64,000 bases of DNA from IMG/VR virus record IMGVR_UViG_3300042880_000852; one strand, written 5' to 3'. Origin of the DNA: a virus. Position 1 is the stretch's first letter, and every line of letters begins with the position of its first letter. A program made the position numbers and the translations under genes. The notes below the pieces were generated by a model, which did not search any database, had not been told where the DNA came from, and saw nothing but the letters and a program-made list of their open reading frames with translations. Of the stretch, positions 7,083 through 17,160 are shown one piece after another.

Positions 7083-9101
7083 TTGTTGGATATTTATTAT
7101 TTAGTGAGAGAACAATACAATATAGAAGACTTGGATTTTTTCTATAACGCTAGAACATTATTTTATGAAATTGGTTATGATGATAAACCTGTAAAAATTC
7201 ATGATGCTGTTAGTGATGATAATGGTTATTTAATACATGTTGGTATTCGTGATGGTGAATATAATATTTGTTATTATATTTTCGTTGGTGAGGATAGTAC
7301 TGAAGTTGAGGAATGTATTGCAGGTCAAAAGTTATTGCTGAATGCTTTAAATAACGGGAATATTGAACCAATTATGTCAAGTCTTGATGTAGAAGATGTT
7401 TTTAATTCATTAAATGAATCGACCGACAATTACCAACCAAAATTATATCTAAGATTTGAACCACCGATTCATAACGATACTCTTGGCATTAGACAATTGG
7501 ATAAAATTTTAATTTTGATTGAAAATGAATACCCAACAGTTAGTTGGTTTCAAGGTCAAGAACCTTCCCAATACAATCCTTTTATCCAAGAAGGTGAAGA
7601 TATCCCCGAACAAGTTAAATCTATCACCATTGGTTATTGGCCTGATAAACCAAATCTTTTAACTTATGGTCAGTGGGATGATAATGAAGAAGGTTATACA
7701 AATACAATTGACGGTTGGTTGTGGCTTGAAGAACGTGATGTTGATTATGATAAAACTTCCGATTTATTTAATTCATTGAATGAATCCGATGAATCAAGAA
7801 TTCCTAGTGCCGGTGATTATCTTATTTTTGTTGGCAGTGAATATGGTAAATGGTTCCACCCACTTTTTACAGTTGGTAAAGTTTATAAAGTGTTTAACAC
7901 CTCAGAAGGCATTATAGAAGTTCAAAATGATAGGGGTGGTCTATCAAATTTTAGTGTTGATTTACTTGACAATCTTAATTGGGAAACTTGGTTTCGATTA
8001 GCCAAATTTGATTATGACAAAACAACAGAAATCTTCAATCAATTAAACGAATCCACGTACCAACCAAAATTAAATTTAAGATTTGAGGATGGTATTTCTG
8101 ATGCTAATGAACTTGATAAGGTATTAAAAGTTTTAAGTCTTGTTTATCCTGGATTAAAATGGCTAGGAGGCGACCCAATTACGTCACACAATGTTATTCG
8201 TAATGTTGAAGATGATGAAAGAGAAGATTTTATATACGACCCAATTTATTATTTAACAATTGGTTATTTTCCTCACGCTCCAGATAAACTTACTTATACA
8301 AATGGACCTGATGATGATATTGGTTATGCGGATGAGGAACAACATGGTTATAATTGGGTTGACGGTTGGGAATGGGTACAAAAAAATGAGGTTGACTATG
8401 ATGAAACATCAGATATCTTTAATCAACTAAATGAATCGTATGATTTTCTTAAAACAACAAATTTAATTGGTTATAGTTTTAAAACTGTAGCTACTACTGA
8501 CTCTAGGTATTGGATTATTCGTCATGTTTTTAATGATAAAGGTGGTTACGTAACTGTTACTATGGAATACTCACCACTTTTTATTACAGACGTAGGAATA
8601 GAAGGTTTTCCAACAACAAAAACAATAAAAAAAGATAAGGTTATTGATTTTATTAGTTCTGGTAAATGGGAAATTGTTAGTGTACCTAATCAGATTGATT
8701 CTTTTGATGTTTTTGATAAACTAAATGAATCTACTCGAAAAGAAGATGGATTTACTTTAATTTTTGACCCACCAATTGAGGACCCAAAAACAATGGAAAT
8801 GGTTTTGATGAAATTACAAATTATTCATCCTGATTGGACTTGGGTTAATGATAAAAGATTGATTGATTACAATATTTTTGATTCGGGTGAAATAGGGTTT
8901 TATAAAGGACAATATGATACTGTAGTTGGTGCCTTAACCGTTAACCATCCTGAATGGGAAAACTCAAAAGGGGTTAGTTGGAGTTCTACCGATTATGACG
9001 AACCTTATATCAGAAATATGCCAAAATATAATGGTTGGGAGTATATAGAAGAATTAGGTGACATACCAACTACTGAAGACATTTTTAATCAATTAGGTTA
9101 A
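7083..9101 (+). CDS. tandem-module repeat protein (FN-x-LNES-linked modules)
   Basis: at least 5 modules, each introduced by D(I/L/V)FN(S/Q)LNES and often preceded by DYDKT; two alternating module types; C-terminus EDIFNQLG; the track start is TTG, so the true start is uncertain. Confidence 0.5.
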   Translation: MLDIYYLVREQYNIEDLDFFYNARTLFYEIGYDDKPVKIHDAVSDDNGYLIHVGIRDGEYNICYYIFVGEDSTEVEECIAGQKLLLNALNNGNIEPIMSSLDVEDVFNSLNESTDNYQPKLYLRFEPPIHNDTLGIRQLDKILILIENEYPTVSWFQGQEPSQYNPFIQEGEDIPEQVKSITIGYWPDKPNLLTYGQWDDNEEGYTNTIDGWLWLEERDVDYDKTSDLFNSLNESDESRIPSAGDYLIFVGSEYGKWFHPLFTVGKVYKVFNTSEGIIEVQNDRGGLSNFSVDLLDNLNWETWFRLAKFDYDKTTEIFNQLNESTYQPKLNLRFEDGISDANELDKVLKVLSLVYPGLKWLGGDPITSHNVIRNVEDDEREDFIYDPIYYLTIGYFPHAPDKLTYTNGPDDDIGYADEEQHGYNWVDGWEWVQKNEVDYDETSDIFNQLNESYDFLKTTNLIGYSFKTVATTDSRYWIIRHVFNDKGGYVTVTMEYSPLFITDVGIEGFPTTKTIKKDKVIDFISSGKWEIVSVPNQIDSFDVFDKLNESTRKEDGFTLIFDPPIEDPKTMEMVLMKLQIIHPDWTWVNDKRLIDYNIFDSGEIGFYKGQYDTVVGALTVNHPEWENSKGVSWSSTDYDEPYIRNMPKYNGWEYIEELGDIPTTEDIFNQLG

Positions 9102-9154
9102 AAAACTTTTCAATTTAAAGTTAATTTATTATCTTTGTTTAAATAATTAAATCT

Positions 9155-9403
9155 ATGAAATTCGGAACATTTTTATCTTTATTAGGTGGTACCACTAATC
9201 TTATCCTCACTATTGTTAATTTACTTGAAGGACAAAATCAAATAGCTTCAGTATGGGGTACAGCATCTATTTGGGCCTTTTCTACTTTTTTTACTGAATT
9301 AAACCTTAGTAAAAAAGAAAAACAAATTCAAAACATTAAAGACGCTATTGTTTCTTCTGAAAACGAAGTTGAGGCGATTAACAAAATTAACGACATACTT
9401 TAA
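9155..9403 (+). CDS. small membrane protein
   Basis: two hydrophobic helices in the N-terminal half. Confidence 0.4.
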   Translation: MKFGTFLSLLGGTTNLILTIVNLLEGQNQIASVWGTASIWAFSTFFTELNLSKKEKQIQNIKDAIVSSENEVEAINKINDIL

Positions 9404-9405
9404 AT

Positions 9406-9627
9406 ATGATTCGTACTGTCACTGTAAACTACAAAGGTCTTGAACTAGAATGTAAGGGTTATCATACACCTTATAAAAATAATGGGCGGGATAATCCACC
9501 TGATAATGAATGTTTTGAAATTGATACCGTTATTTGGAACGGTGTGGATATTTTAGAAGTACTTGATTCTTTAAATGTTGATTGGTGTGAGTTAGAATCG
9601 GTATGTCTCGAGTTTTTAAACGACTAA
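9406..9627 (+). CDS. hypothetical protein
   Basis: 73-aa ORF. Confidence 0.4.
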   Translation: MIRTVTVNYKGLELECKGYHTPYKNNGRDNPPDNECFEIDTVIWNGVDILEVLDSLNVDWCELESVCLEFLND

Positions 9628-9645
9628 TAGAGATATTTATTATCG

Positions 9646-10683
9646 ATGAGTAATATAAATTCTTTCTACGATAAAAAAATTATTTGGTTGGCTGACTACA
9701 ATATTTGTGGTGATAATTTTAACTATTTTAAAAATCAACTAATAACCATACTAAGATCTTTAAAAGAATTAGATAACCATGTTATAGAAACACTTAATAA
9801 TATTGGAATTGATTTAAAAAAATATAATGGTTGTTTATTGTATGTAAGATTCATCAACAGAAGTACTAATATTAAGTATTATTCTGTTGATGATTATGAA
9901 CAAGGGGATGATGCACATTTAGATGCTTTGGAGGCTTATCAAGATTTTGTTGATCGTGGATATTCACCTTTAATATGGTCCGATTTAATAGGTAATACTA
10001 CAGATACTTACGATATTTTTGATAAAATAAGTGAGTCAAATGAGTACTCAAATGTTTCACATTTAATTAATAAAAAAATTTGGTTTGACTATCCAACCGA
10101 AAGGGAAGACATTGAAAAAGTAAATCAATTTTTTATCGATAACGGTTTCCGTGGTTTAAAGAGTGATAATATAGACGAGTTTGAAGATTTTATTTATGAT
10201 AATGATGCAGCTTATTTTAAATTAACACAACATACATCACCTTTACATAGTGTTGAAGAAAGAAGACCTTATATTGATTATTTTTCTTTGGATTGGACAA
10301 ACCCTGAAAGATTAAAAAATGACCCAAGCTTTATTTATTATCAAGATATTTTAAATATGACTGATACCACTTTAGACATTCTTTCCAATTTGAATGAGTC
10401 GGTAGAAGAAATGCAACCAAAAATCGGTGACTACCTTTATTGTCATAAAGAAGTTGTTATGGATGATGGTAGCAAAGAAACAACAGTAGGTAAATTCTAC
10501 CAAATTAAAAATGTAATGCGTGATAGGTTGGAGATATTAAATGACCATAGAGGTGACCACGTATTTGGTACTAACCCTAAAACATATTGGTATTATGGTA
10601 TTTGGTTCCATTTAATACCAAAAGAACATAAAAAAGATTTTGATTCTTTTAATCCTGAAGACATCTTCAATCAGTTAGATTAA
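9646..10683 (+). CDS. repeat protein related to 7083..9101 (LNES-linked modules; C-terminal EDIFNQLD)
   Basis: internal ILSNLNES and IFDKISES linkers; C-terminal motif identical to that of ORF 7083. Confidence 0.5.
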   Translation: MSNINSFYDKKIIWLADYNICGDNFNYFKNQLITILRSLKELDNHVIETLNNIGIDLKKYNGCLLYVRFINRSTNIKYYSVDDYEQGDDAHLDALEAYQDFVDRGYSPLIWSDLIGNTTDTYDIFDKISESNEYSNVSHLINKKIWFDYPTEREDIEKVNQFFIDNGFRGLKSDNIDEFEDFIYDNDAAYFKLTQHTSPLHSVEERRPYIDYFSLDWTNPERLKNDPSFIYYQDILNMTDTTLDILSNLNESVEEMQPKIGDYLYCHKEVVMDDGSKETTVGKFYQIKNVMRDRLEILNDHRGDHVFGTNPKTYWYYGIWFHLIPKEHKKDFDSFNPEDIFNQLD

Positions 10684-10731
10684 CCCTATTATTTTTATTT
10701 CTAAGAACTATATTTATCTAATATAGATAAA

Positions 10732-11091
10732 TTGGTTATGACAGGTACTACAAAAAACGAAACATATAGTGTTAGAGCATTATATGAAGTCATCAAACTT
10801 AGTCTTTTAATGCGAGATAGAGATTTAGTCCATTTCATTAGAACAATGAATGATAATATCATCGAGGACTTTGAAAAGATTAAAAAAAATCCTAATACAC
10901 CTTTAAATGATATTATAAAATACTATGAAAATTATACCATAGTTTTTATGATGATTAGAGCGATAATGCAAGAAGCTAACATTTCTTTTTACCAAGAAAA
11001 AACAAGGGAAGTTACAAATTATTTTTTAACTGACGAATTATATATAAAATCAGAGAAACCATCAAAATCAGTTTATGATGATGAAGATTAG
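10732..11091 (+). CDS. hypothetical protein
   Basis: 119-aa ORF. Confidence 0.4.
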   Translation: MVMTGTTKNETYSVRALYEVIKLSLLMRDRDLVHFIRTMNDNIIEDFEKIKKNPNTPLNDIIKYYENYTIVFMMIRAIMQEANISFYQEKTREVTNYFLTDELYIKSEKPSKSVYDDED

Positions 11092-11108
11092 CATATTTAT
11101 TTGATAGA

Positions 11109-12497
11109 ATGAAAAATATTTTTAAATACGTCATATTAGAACAACTCTTAACTGAGAATAGAATACAACAGGCAAAGGATAAATATCCTTGTTTACCACC
11201 AAAATTGATAGATTATCTATCTAATGGTGATCCTTCAGGTAATAACAAATATCTTGATTGGATGTGTAAACAAGTTTGGGATTCTGATGGAAATAATACT
11301 TTTGGTACTTTTGATGAAAACCAAGGTATATATACTTGGTTGGAGGATAATGGTGACTACAATATAAATAACCCAACAAGTTCACCTGATTGTCAAAAAG
11401 TTTGGTCTGAAAATTATAGAAGAGGTGATTTTAATGTCATACCTGTTGAAGGTTGGCTTAAAGACGTAGCTGATTATATTATAGAAGAAGTTGTTTACTT
11501 CAACCGTTTTTCAGGTTCTTTAGAAAAAAAAGATATAAATAGTTATAGTTATGACACTTTAGCAAAGGCTTTAGCAATTAAAAAACTTCAGTCAAAAGAA
11601 AAAGAATTAGCTAAAGATGTTACTAAAATCTATGAAGATAGTAGTTGGTTGATTGTTTCACCAAAATCACATCAAGCTTCTTGTACTTATGGTGCAAATA
11701 CAAAATGGTGTGTTACTACAAAAAATAACCCTGAATACTTTAAACGTTATACAAACGAACCACAATACTTAATTTTTGTTATCAATAAAGGAAGTAATCA
11801 AAAATGGGCTATTAATACCGCTAGAAAACAAGGTCAGGAAAGTGAAGAAGAAGTAACTGTACCTTGGCATAAAGAAGTTAAAAATTTAGGAAGACGTTAC
11901 GTCAATCCTGAAAATGTGGGGGAAAAATTTGGTACTATAGCAGCACAAAAAACTGAGACAGGTAGAAGATATGCTCAGGCTGGAGAATATCAAACAACAT
12001 ATTGGAACCCTGAAGATTATGAAATTGGGTGGGGTGCGTTTATTAAAGAATCTAGTTTACCTAAAAACTTACAAGAATTATTAAAATTTGTTGAAAAACG
12101 AGTTAAAGTTAACTTCCAAAAAAAAGAAAAAAATCAAAAAGCCTACGAAACAAACCCAAACCCTATTCGTCTTAAAAAAGGTGATAAAGTTAAACTTTTA
12201 GCGAGTGGATATGGTTTATATAAAGGTGATGAAGGTTATGTAATTTCTACTTATATCGGAGCACCTGGTAGAGAAAGAGAGGTATATACAGGTAATGCCG
12301 GTGTTTATGTTATACATGTTAATGATAGAAAATTAGATTACGAGGCTAATAGAGGTGTTAATTTAAAAAAAACTGATAAATTATTAACTAAACTAAAATT
12401 AAGTGACCCTGAAAAAGATAATTTTAGAAATTATGAAAGTTATGTAAACGTTACAGGTATACCAGTTAACGGTTTATTCTTACAAAAAATAAAATAA
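11109..12497 (+). CDS. paralog-family protein A (NKYLDWM ... YGA-x-TKWC core)
   Basis: shares an N-terminal helical region and a conserved core (WLIVSPKSHQASCTYGANTKWCVTT...LIFVINK) with ORFs 20407, 43000 and 62206(-). Confidence 0.55.
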   Translation: MKNIFKYVILEQLLTENRIQQAKDKYPCLPPKLIDYLSNGDPSGNNKYLDWMCKQVWDSDGNNTFGTFDENQGIYTWLEDNGDYNINNPTSSPDCQKVWSENYRRGDFNVIPVEGWLKDVADYIIEEVVYFNRFSGSLEKKDINSYSYDTLAKALAIKKLQSKEKELAKDVTKIYEDSSWLIVSPKSHQASCTYGANTKWCVTTKNNPEYFKRYTNEPQYLIFVINKGSNQKWAINTARKQGQESEEEVTVPWHKEVKNLGRRYVNPENVGEKFGTIAAQKTETGRRYAQAGEYQTTYWNPEDYEIGWGAFIKESSLPKNLQELLKFVEKRVKVNFQKKEKNQKAYETNPNPIRLKKGDKVKLLASGYGLYKGDEGYVISTYIGAPGREREVYTGNAGVYVIHVNDRKLDYEANRGVNLKKTDKLLTKLKLSDPEKDNFRNYESYVNVTGIPVNGLFLQKIK

Positions 12498-12503
12498 AAA
12501 AAA

Positions 12504-13364
12504 ATGAAAAAATTTATACTTTCCGAATTACAATATAGAAATATAAGAAAATACTTAATAGAGTCTAAACTTAGATCTTACGTTTTCGATTGGGACGATA
12601 ACATCCTAAGAATGCCAACAAAGGTTAATATGGAAAAAAATGAAAACGGTAAGTGGGTTCCAGTAAAAGTTTCAACCGAAGAGTTTGCTCATTTTAGAAC
12701 AGATCCTAATTATAGAACAACTTCAAATTCATTTGCTGACTTTACAAACAACGAACCTTTTTTGGTTGACGCTGAAAAGGCCATTCATAACGGAAGTTTC
12801 GCACCAAGCTATAAAAAATTTATTGAAGCTTTGACACATGCAAATCCTTTTGCAATTAATACCGCTAGAGGTCACAGTCCTGAAACTTTAAAAAAAGGTG
12901 TTAAACTTTTTGTTAAAATGGTTTTAAGTGATGATGAAAAAAGAATGATGTTTACAAACATACAGAAAGAACTACCAAACGCTTTAACCCAAGGTCTTAA
13001 TGCCTCACAACTACTAGATTTATATATGGATGAAAGAGGTGAATTTTATCCTGTTTCATCTGAAGAGTTTGGTGAAAGATTTGGTCTTGAGGTTAAAGGA
13101 GGAGCATCAAATCCTGAACATGCTAAGAAAGTAGCAATTGAAAACTTTGTTAAGAAATTAATTGACGGTGTTAAAAAACATATGGTTGCTGGTAAATACA
13201 AAAAAATATCTTTAGGTTTTTCTGATGATGATAAAAGAAATGTTAAAGCGGCACAAGAATTTTTACAAAACGAATTAAGTCAAATGTATCCAGAGGTACA
13301 TTTTGTAATCTACGATACTTCCGAAGGTGGTAAAAGAAAAATTGTTATTGAAAAGGAATCTTAA
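12504..13364 (+). CDS. hypothetical protein, possible HAD-like hydrolase
   Basis: YVFDWDDNIL resembles HAD motif I (DxDx[T/N]) and GFSDDDKRN resembles motif IV; the N-terminus carries an IRKYLIES leader-like segment; weak. Confidence 0.35.
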   Translation: MKKFILSELQYRNIRKYLIESKLRSYVFDWDDNILRMPTKVNMEKNENGKWVPVKVSTEEFAHFRTDPNYRTTSNSFADFTNNEPFLVDAEKAIHNGSFAPSYKKFIEALTHANPFAINTARGHSPETLKKGVKLFVKMVLSDDEKRMMFTNIQKELPNALTQGLNASQLLDLYMDERGEFYPVSSEEFGERFGLEVKGGASNPEHAKKVAIENFVKKLIDGVKKHMVAGKYKKISLGFSDDDKRNVKAAQEFLQNELSQMYPEVHFVIYDTSEGGKRKIVIEKES

Positions 13365-13729
13365 GTAAACTTAAAGGGTTTAATGCTTTGTGATACACTA
13401 CCACTATCTATAACATTTTTTAATGCCATAGAATAACCGTAGTTCATTCCATTAACTATACTGTCCACTATTGCAATATCTGTACTATAATAGTTTTGTA
13501 CTCTTTGGCCTTTAAAGGATATGTATTTACCTTCATGATTAATCTCAAATGGTCTAACACTGTAAGAGCCATCATCATCGATAATTGAGCCTGTACCAAC
13601 AACTTTTTCTAAAAATTCTTTTAATTCCATTTTAATATAAGTTTTCTGAAAATTATCATAAAGAAAAGTTAAATAAATTCCTCTAAACAAAACACACTTA
13701 ATTAAGTGTATCAGTTTTGACCTTTTCAA
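13361..13729 (-). CDS. hypothetical protein
   Basis: 122-aa ORF; alternative start at MELKEF. Confidence 0.35.
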   Translation of the reverse strand: MKRSKLIHLIKCVLFRGIYLTFLYDNFQKTYIKMELKEFLEKVVGTGSIIDDDGSYSVRPFEINHEGKYISFKGQRVQNYYSTDIAIVDSIVNGMNYGYSMALKNVIDSGSVSQSIKPFKFT

Positions 13730-13943
13730 CCCATTTGATTTTTTCTATAGTAATAGTGTCATAAATTTTTATGACTTTTTTAACGGATACGGTATCGTAA
13801 ATTTTTACATGATCCTCAACTTTAATGTCTGTGTTATTTTTTTCTGAAATAATTGGTAGTATGATTAAAATAATCAAAACAAAAAAAGGCAAACCAATAA
13901 GTATTAACCCTGTGTATAATAGATTGTTAAATTGTTTCTTCAT
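13698..13943 (-). CDS. small membrane protein
   Basis: N-terminal transmembrane helix LYTGLILIGLPFFVLIILIILPII. Confidence 0.4.
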   Translation of the reverse strand: MKKQFNNLLYTGLILIGLPFFVLIILIILPIISEKNNTDIKVEDHVKIYDTVSVKKVIKIYDTITIEKIKWVEKVKTDTLN

Positions 13944-14355
13944 TTATTAAACTTTTATAAATGTTAGATAATGAGTGTTTTACATTTGATTTAATTTCTT
14001 TTTCCATAGCAGATCTCCTAGACTCAACCTCATTATCGAAAATATGGATTAATCTTTCACAAGCTTTAGGGTGTAAATCTATTGTGTAACTATATTGATG
14101 ATTGACTATGGTTAAAGTCCTATTTGATTCAAAAATAATGAATATTCTTTTTTGGTCATTTTTTATATAACGTTTTTTAGAAATAGGTGAGATTAAAAGT
14201 TTTGAATCTTCTCTTGAAATTAAATTTTTACAAATAGAAAGACCTTCATTTTCAAAATCACCGTGTTCAAATTGTTCATCTAAAGAAAAAAGCTTGAAAT
14301 ATTTTATAGCAATTTTTTGAATTTTTCTTTTAATTTTATGTTTTAAATTTTTCAT
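13927..14355 (-). CDS. hypothetical protein
   Basis: 142-aa ORF. Confidence 0.4.
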   Translation of the reverse strand: MKNLKHKIKRKIQKIAIKYFKLFSLDEQFEHGDFENEGLSICKNLISREDSKLLISPISKKRYIKNDQKRIFIIFESNRTLTIVNHQYSYTIDLHPKACERLIHIFDNEVESRRSAMEKEIKSNVKHSLSNIYKSLINEETI

Positions 14356-14363
14356 CTTTAATT

Positions 14364-14570
14364 TTAAATTTTAACGTCACTAATATCAACACCACCTAAT
14401 TCATAAAATCTTTTTTCTATATGATTTTTAAAAGTACTAGAGTAAACTACGTCATCTAAGTGTTTGTTGGACCAAAACATTAACATTTTTGACGCACCTT
14501 TTAATTGTTCAATAGTTACACAACTATCGATAACACTTAAAACTTTTTTATAATCTTCCCAAATTTTCAT
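14364..14570 (-). CDS. hypothetical protein
   Basis: 68-aa ORF. Confidence 0.35.
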   Translation of the reverse strand: MKIWEDYKKVLSVIDSCVTIEQLKGASKMLMFWSNKHLDDVVYSSTFKNHIEKRFYELGGVDISDVKI

Positions 14571-14604
14571 AATAAATTTTACTTTACTAATATAATAAAC
14601 TTAT

Positions 14605-15903
14605 TTAAACATTTCTACCGTTTTCGTAAATATATTTTAAAACAGGAAATCTAAGACTAATTCCACCTTCTTGATTTTTAGTTTCTTCAAAATATTGAAT
14701 ATTTACAGTTTTACCCACAATTTTGGATGAATCTTTATAGAATTCTTGACGTTGTTCGATACTAAAACCACTACCAACACCAACCTCAAATCCTTTATGC
14801 TCAATCACAATTTGTGATGTCATAGTTTCAGTAACTTCTTTACCGTTAATAATAATACGAATAGGTCCATAAGTAATTCCTTTAACTACATACTCAGCAT
14901 CATGGAATTTTTTAGCCTTTAAAAGGTCCTTACTACGTTTACCTTTGTAAGTAACATTTTTACGTACCATCACACCTTCCCATTTACCTTCTTCAGACTT
15001 ATCCATCCATTCTTGAAAGTGTTTTACGTCACGTATTTTTTCTTGTGGTAAAATTTCAAGAGTACAATTATTTTCATTACAAATAATAGTTTCACCTAAA
15101 ACTTTAAGACGTTCAGAAAGTTTACGAACACTTCTTTGGTTAGAAAATTCTTCTAAACTTAAACAATCAAATACTTTATACTTAACATTTTGAATGGTGT
15201 GATTTTTTCTACGAATTTCTTTCATAATAGATTGGAAATCTTCGTCACCATTTTCATCGACCATACAAATCTCACCGTCAAAAACAATATTACGAAGTCC
15301 AAGATTAGTAATCACTTCCTCAACTTTGTCTAGAGTATCAAATATTTTACCCTGACGAGAGTAAGAAGTTACTTGACCATTTTCCCCAACAACTGTAATA
15401 CAACGAACACCATCAAGTTTACGAGATACATACCACTCTTCAGTTTCAAAGTTAACCATTTCAGGTTCAAATTTTTCAGCGAGAGCAACATCAAATGTTG
15501 GTACAGTTCCAGGAACGGCTTTATTGATAAGACTTTCACCGACACGACATTTCAAATCTTTGTCAATTATATTAAAAATTAATTCTTTATGTTCAGAATT
15601 TAATTCTACAAATGAATTTACAAGTCCAATAGCATTATGACCTGTAACTTCGCGAGTACGTAACTCATCCAACAATTCAAAAATATTATATTCTTTTTCG
15701 GTTAAAAAAAGAAGTGTGTGTAACTTTTTGCAATTATCGGAAGTTATGTGAAACTGATAAAAAGGATTTGTGACATACATCACAAGTTTCTTCAAATCAG
15801 AATCGTGAAGATATTCTTTTAAAAGTTCTACTTTTTTGTTTGAGGAAGAGTCTGATTGTAACTTAGTAACTAATTCTTGAAGACGTGATAGAATATTTTT
15901 CAT
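14605..15903 (-). CDS. ATP-dependent DNA ligase
   Basis: nucleotidyltransferase motifs: I KLDGVR, III FDGEI, IV EGVMVRK, V DLLKAKKF; size comparable to T7/T4-type ligases. Confidence 0.8.
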   Translation of the reverse strand: MKNILSRLQELVTKLQSDSSSNKKVELLKEYLHDSDLKKLVMYVTNPFYQFHITSDNCKKLHTLLFLTEKEYNIFELLDELRTREVTGHNAIGLVNSFVELNSEHKELIFNIIDKDLKCRVGESLINKAVPGTVPTFDVALAEKFEPEMVNFETEEWYVSRKLDGVRCITVVGENGQVTSYSRQGKIFDTLDKVEEVITNLGLRNIVFDGEICMVDENGDEDFQSIMKEIRRKNHTIQNVKYKVFDCLSLEEFSNQRSVRKLSERLKVLGETIICNENNCTLEILPQEKIRDVKHFQEWMDKSEEGKWEGVMVRKNVTYKGKRSKDLLKAKKFHDAEYVVKGITYGPIRIIINGKEVTETMTSQIVIEHKGFEVGVGSGFSIEQRQEFYKDSSKIVGKTVNIQYFEETKNQEGGISLRFPVLKYIYENGRNV

Positions 15904-15949
15904 TCTACAAAGATACGATTATTAATTTAATATACAAATTTAATAAAAT

Positions 15950-15976
15950 AAAAAAAGGACCTCTAAGGTCCTTTTC
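15950..15976. terminator. bidirectional intrinsic terminator
   Basis: ggacc-tctaa-ggtcc hairpin with A7 upstream and T4 downstream; follows the minus-strand lipoprotein gene. Confidence 0.55.
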
Positions 15977-15995
15977 CCAATTCAGTGTTCTACTT

Positions 15996-16178
15996 TTATT
16001 TTGTAGCTGTAGATACTGCTGTTGAATCAGTAACAACTACTGATTCTGTAGCAACAACTGCAGTTGTGTCAACTGCGGCTACAACTGTACTATCAGTTTT
16101 AGGAGCTTCAGATTCTGATGAAGATCCACAAGCGGTCATAAGACCAATAACACTTAGAACTAAGATAACTTTTTTCAT
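15996..16178 (-). CDS. small secreted lipoprotein (putative)
   Basis: signal peptide plus lipobox LMTAC; Thr/Ser/Ala/Val-rich mature part; locally higher GC. Confidence 0.45.
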   Translation of the reverse strand: MKKVILVLSVIGLMTACGSSSESEAPKTDSTVVAAVDTTAVVATESVVVTDSTAVSTATK

Positions 16179-16248
16179 TTTGTTTTTGTTTTTGTTTTTT
16201 TGTTTATGTGATTAATTATAATTAATTTATTTCTAATTGTAAATATGT

Positions 16249-17160
16249 TTAGACTAATAAAAGTCCGAATTTTTTACGATATTCTAACACAGAAAGTTCT
16301 TTTGCCTTAGATTCAAACATTAAATCTAAATCATAACCGTAAGTGTCAACTTCGTTTTGAATATAGTCATGGTGTGCACGAAAATTTTGTTCATCACGAG
16401 GTTCAGAAATATGAACAACTGGTGTTATATCAGAAGGCCAAGTTGCCACGGCAAGTTTTAAGGCATCTTCGATACTCATACCATCATTGTGACAGTTATG
16501 GTGATGATAGTCGAATACAATAGGTATTTTGGTGTTTTCATGGATATATAACAAGTCTTTAACAGTAAACATATTTGGCTTGTCATCATTCTCAACAGTC
16601 AAACGTTTTTTGGTGTTTTCACCAAGTAATTGGAAGTTATCAACCCAACGTTTCATCGCATCTTGTTTATTACCATAGGCACCACCAACGTGAATGTTAA
16701 TTTTAGAAAAAGGTGAAACAGGCAAACCTATCATATCCATAATTTCTGAATGTTTGTCTAATTCTGAAATTGTTTTTTTAACAACATTTTCACTAGGTGA
16801 GGCTAAAACATTAAATGGACCTGGGTGAAAACTTAAACGATGGTTATATTGTCTGACAAGGTTACCTAAACCATTTAATAAGTTTTTAATTTTACCAATG
16901 TCAGGTAAGTCATCAAAATTATATTCACTCGACCAAGGAAACATATCAGAACTCATGCGGTAAAGATTGATACCGTTTTTTTCATTCCATTTAATAACTT
17001 CAATAAGGTCCCGAACATTTTGTAAAGAAAGTTCTGACACATAATTAAGCCCTTTGGAGTCAAAAGTTTTTCGAATCATACCACGATTAGTCGTAATATT
17101 TTTCTCACCTAGGGTCATGTTGATACACGCGTAACCAATTTTCATAATACAAACATACAC
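16249..17160 (-). CDS. uvdE: UV DNA damage endonuclease (UvdE family)
   Basis: N-terminal IGYACIN..L......T.R motif, HPGPF and INIHVGG...VENDD TIM-barrel signatures of UVDE. Confidence 0.7.
   Translation of the reverse strand: MYVCIMKIGYACINMTLGEKNITTNRGMIRKTFDSKGLNYVSELSLQNVRDLIEVIKWNEKNGINLYRMSSDMFPWSSEYNFDDLPDIGKIKNLLNGLGNLVRQYNHRLSFHPGPFNVLASPSENVVKKTISELDKHSEIMDMIGLPVSPFSKINIHVGGAYGNKQDAMKRWVDNFQLLGENTKKRLTVENDDKPNMFTVKDLLYIHENTKIPIVFDYHHHNCHNDGMSIEDALKLAVATWPSDITPVVHISEPRDEQNFRAHHDYIQNEVDTYGYDLDLMFESKAKELSVLEYRKKFGLLLV

Noticed and set aside
15985-16215. ORF 15985..16215(+) overlapping the lipoprotein gene
   Set aside because: The opposite-strand ORF 15996..16178(-) has a convincing signal peptide and lipobox, a terminator and the same orientation as its neighbours. 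The plus-strand frame is likely spurious.
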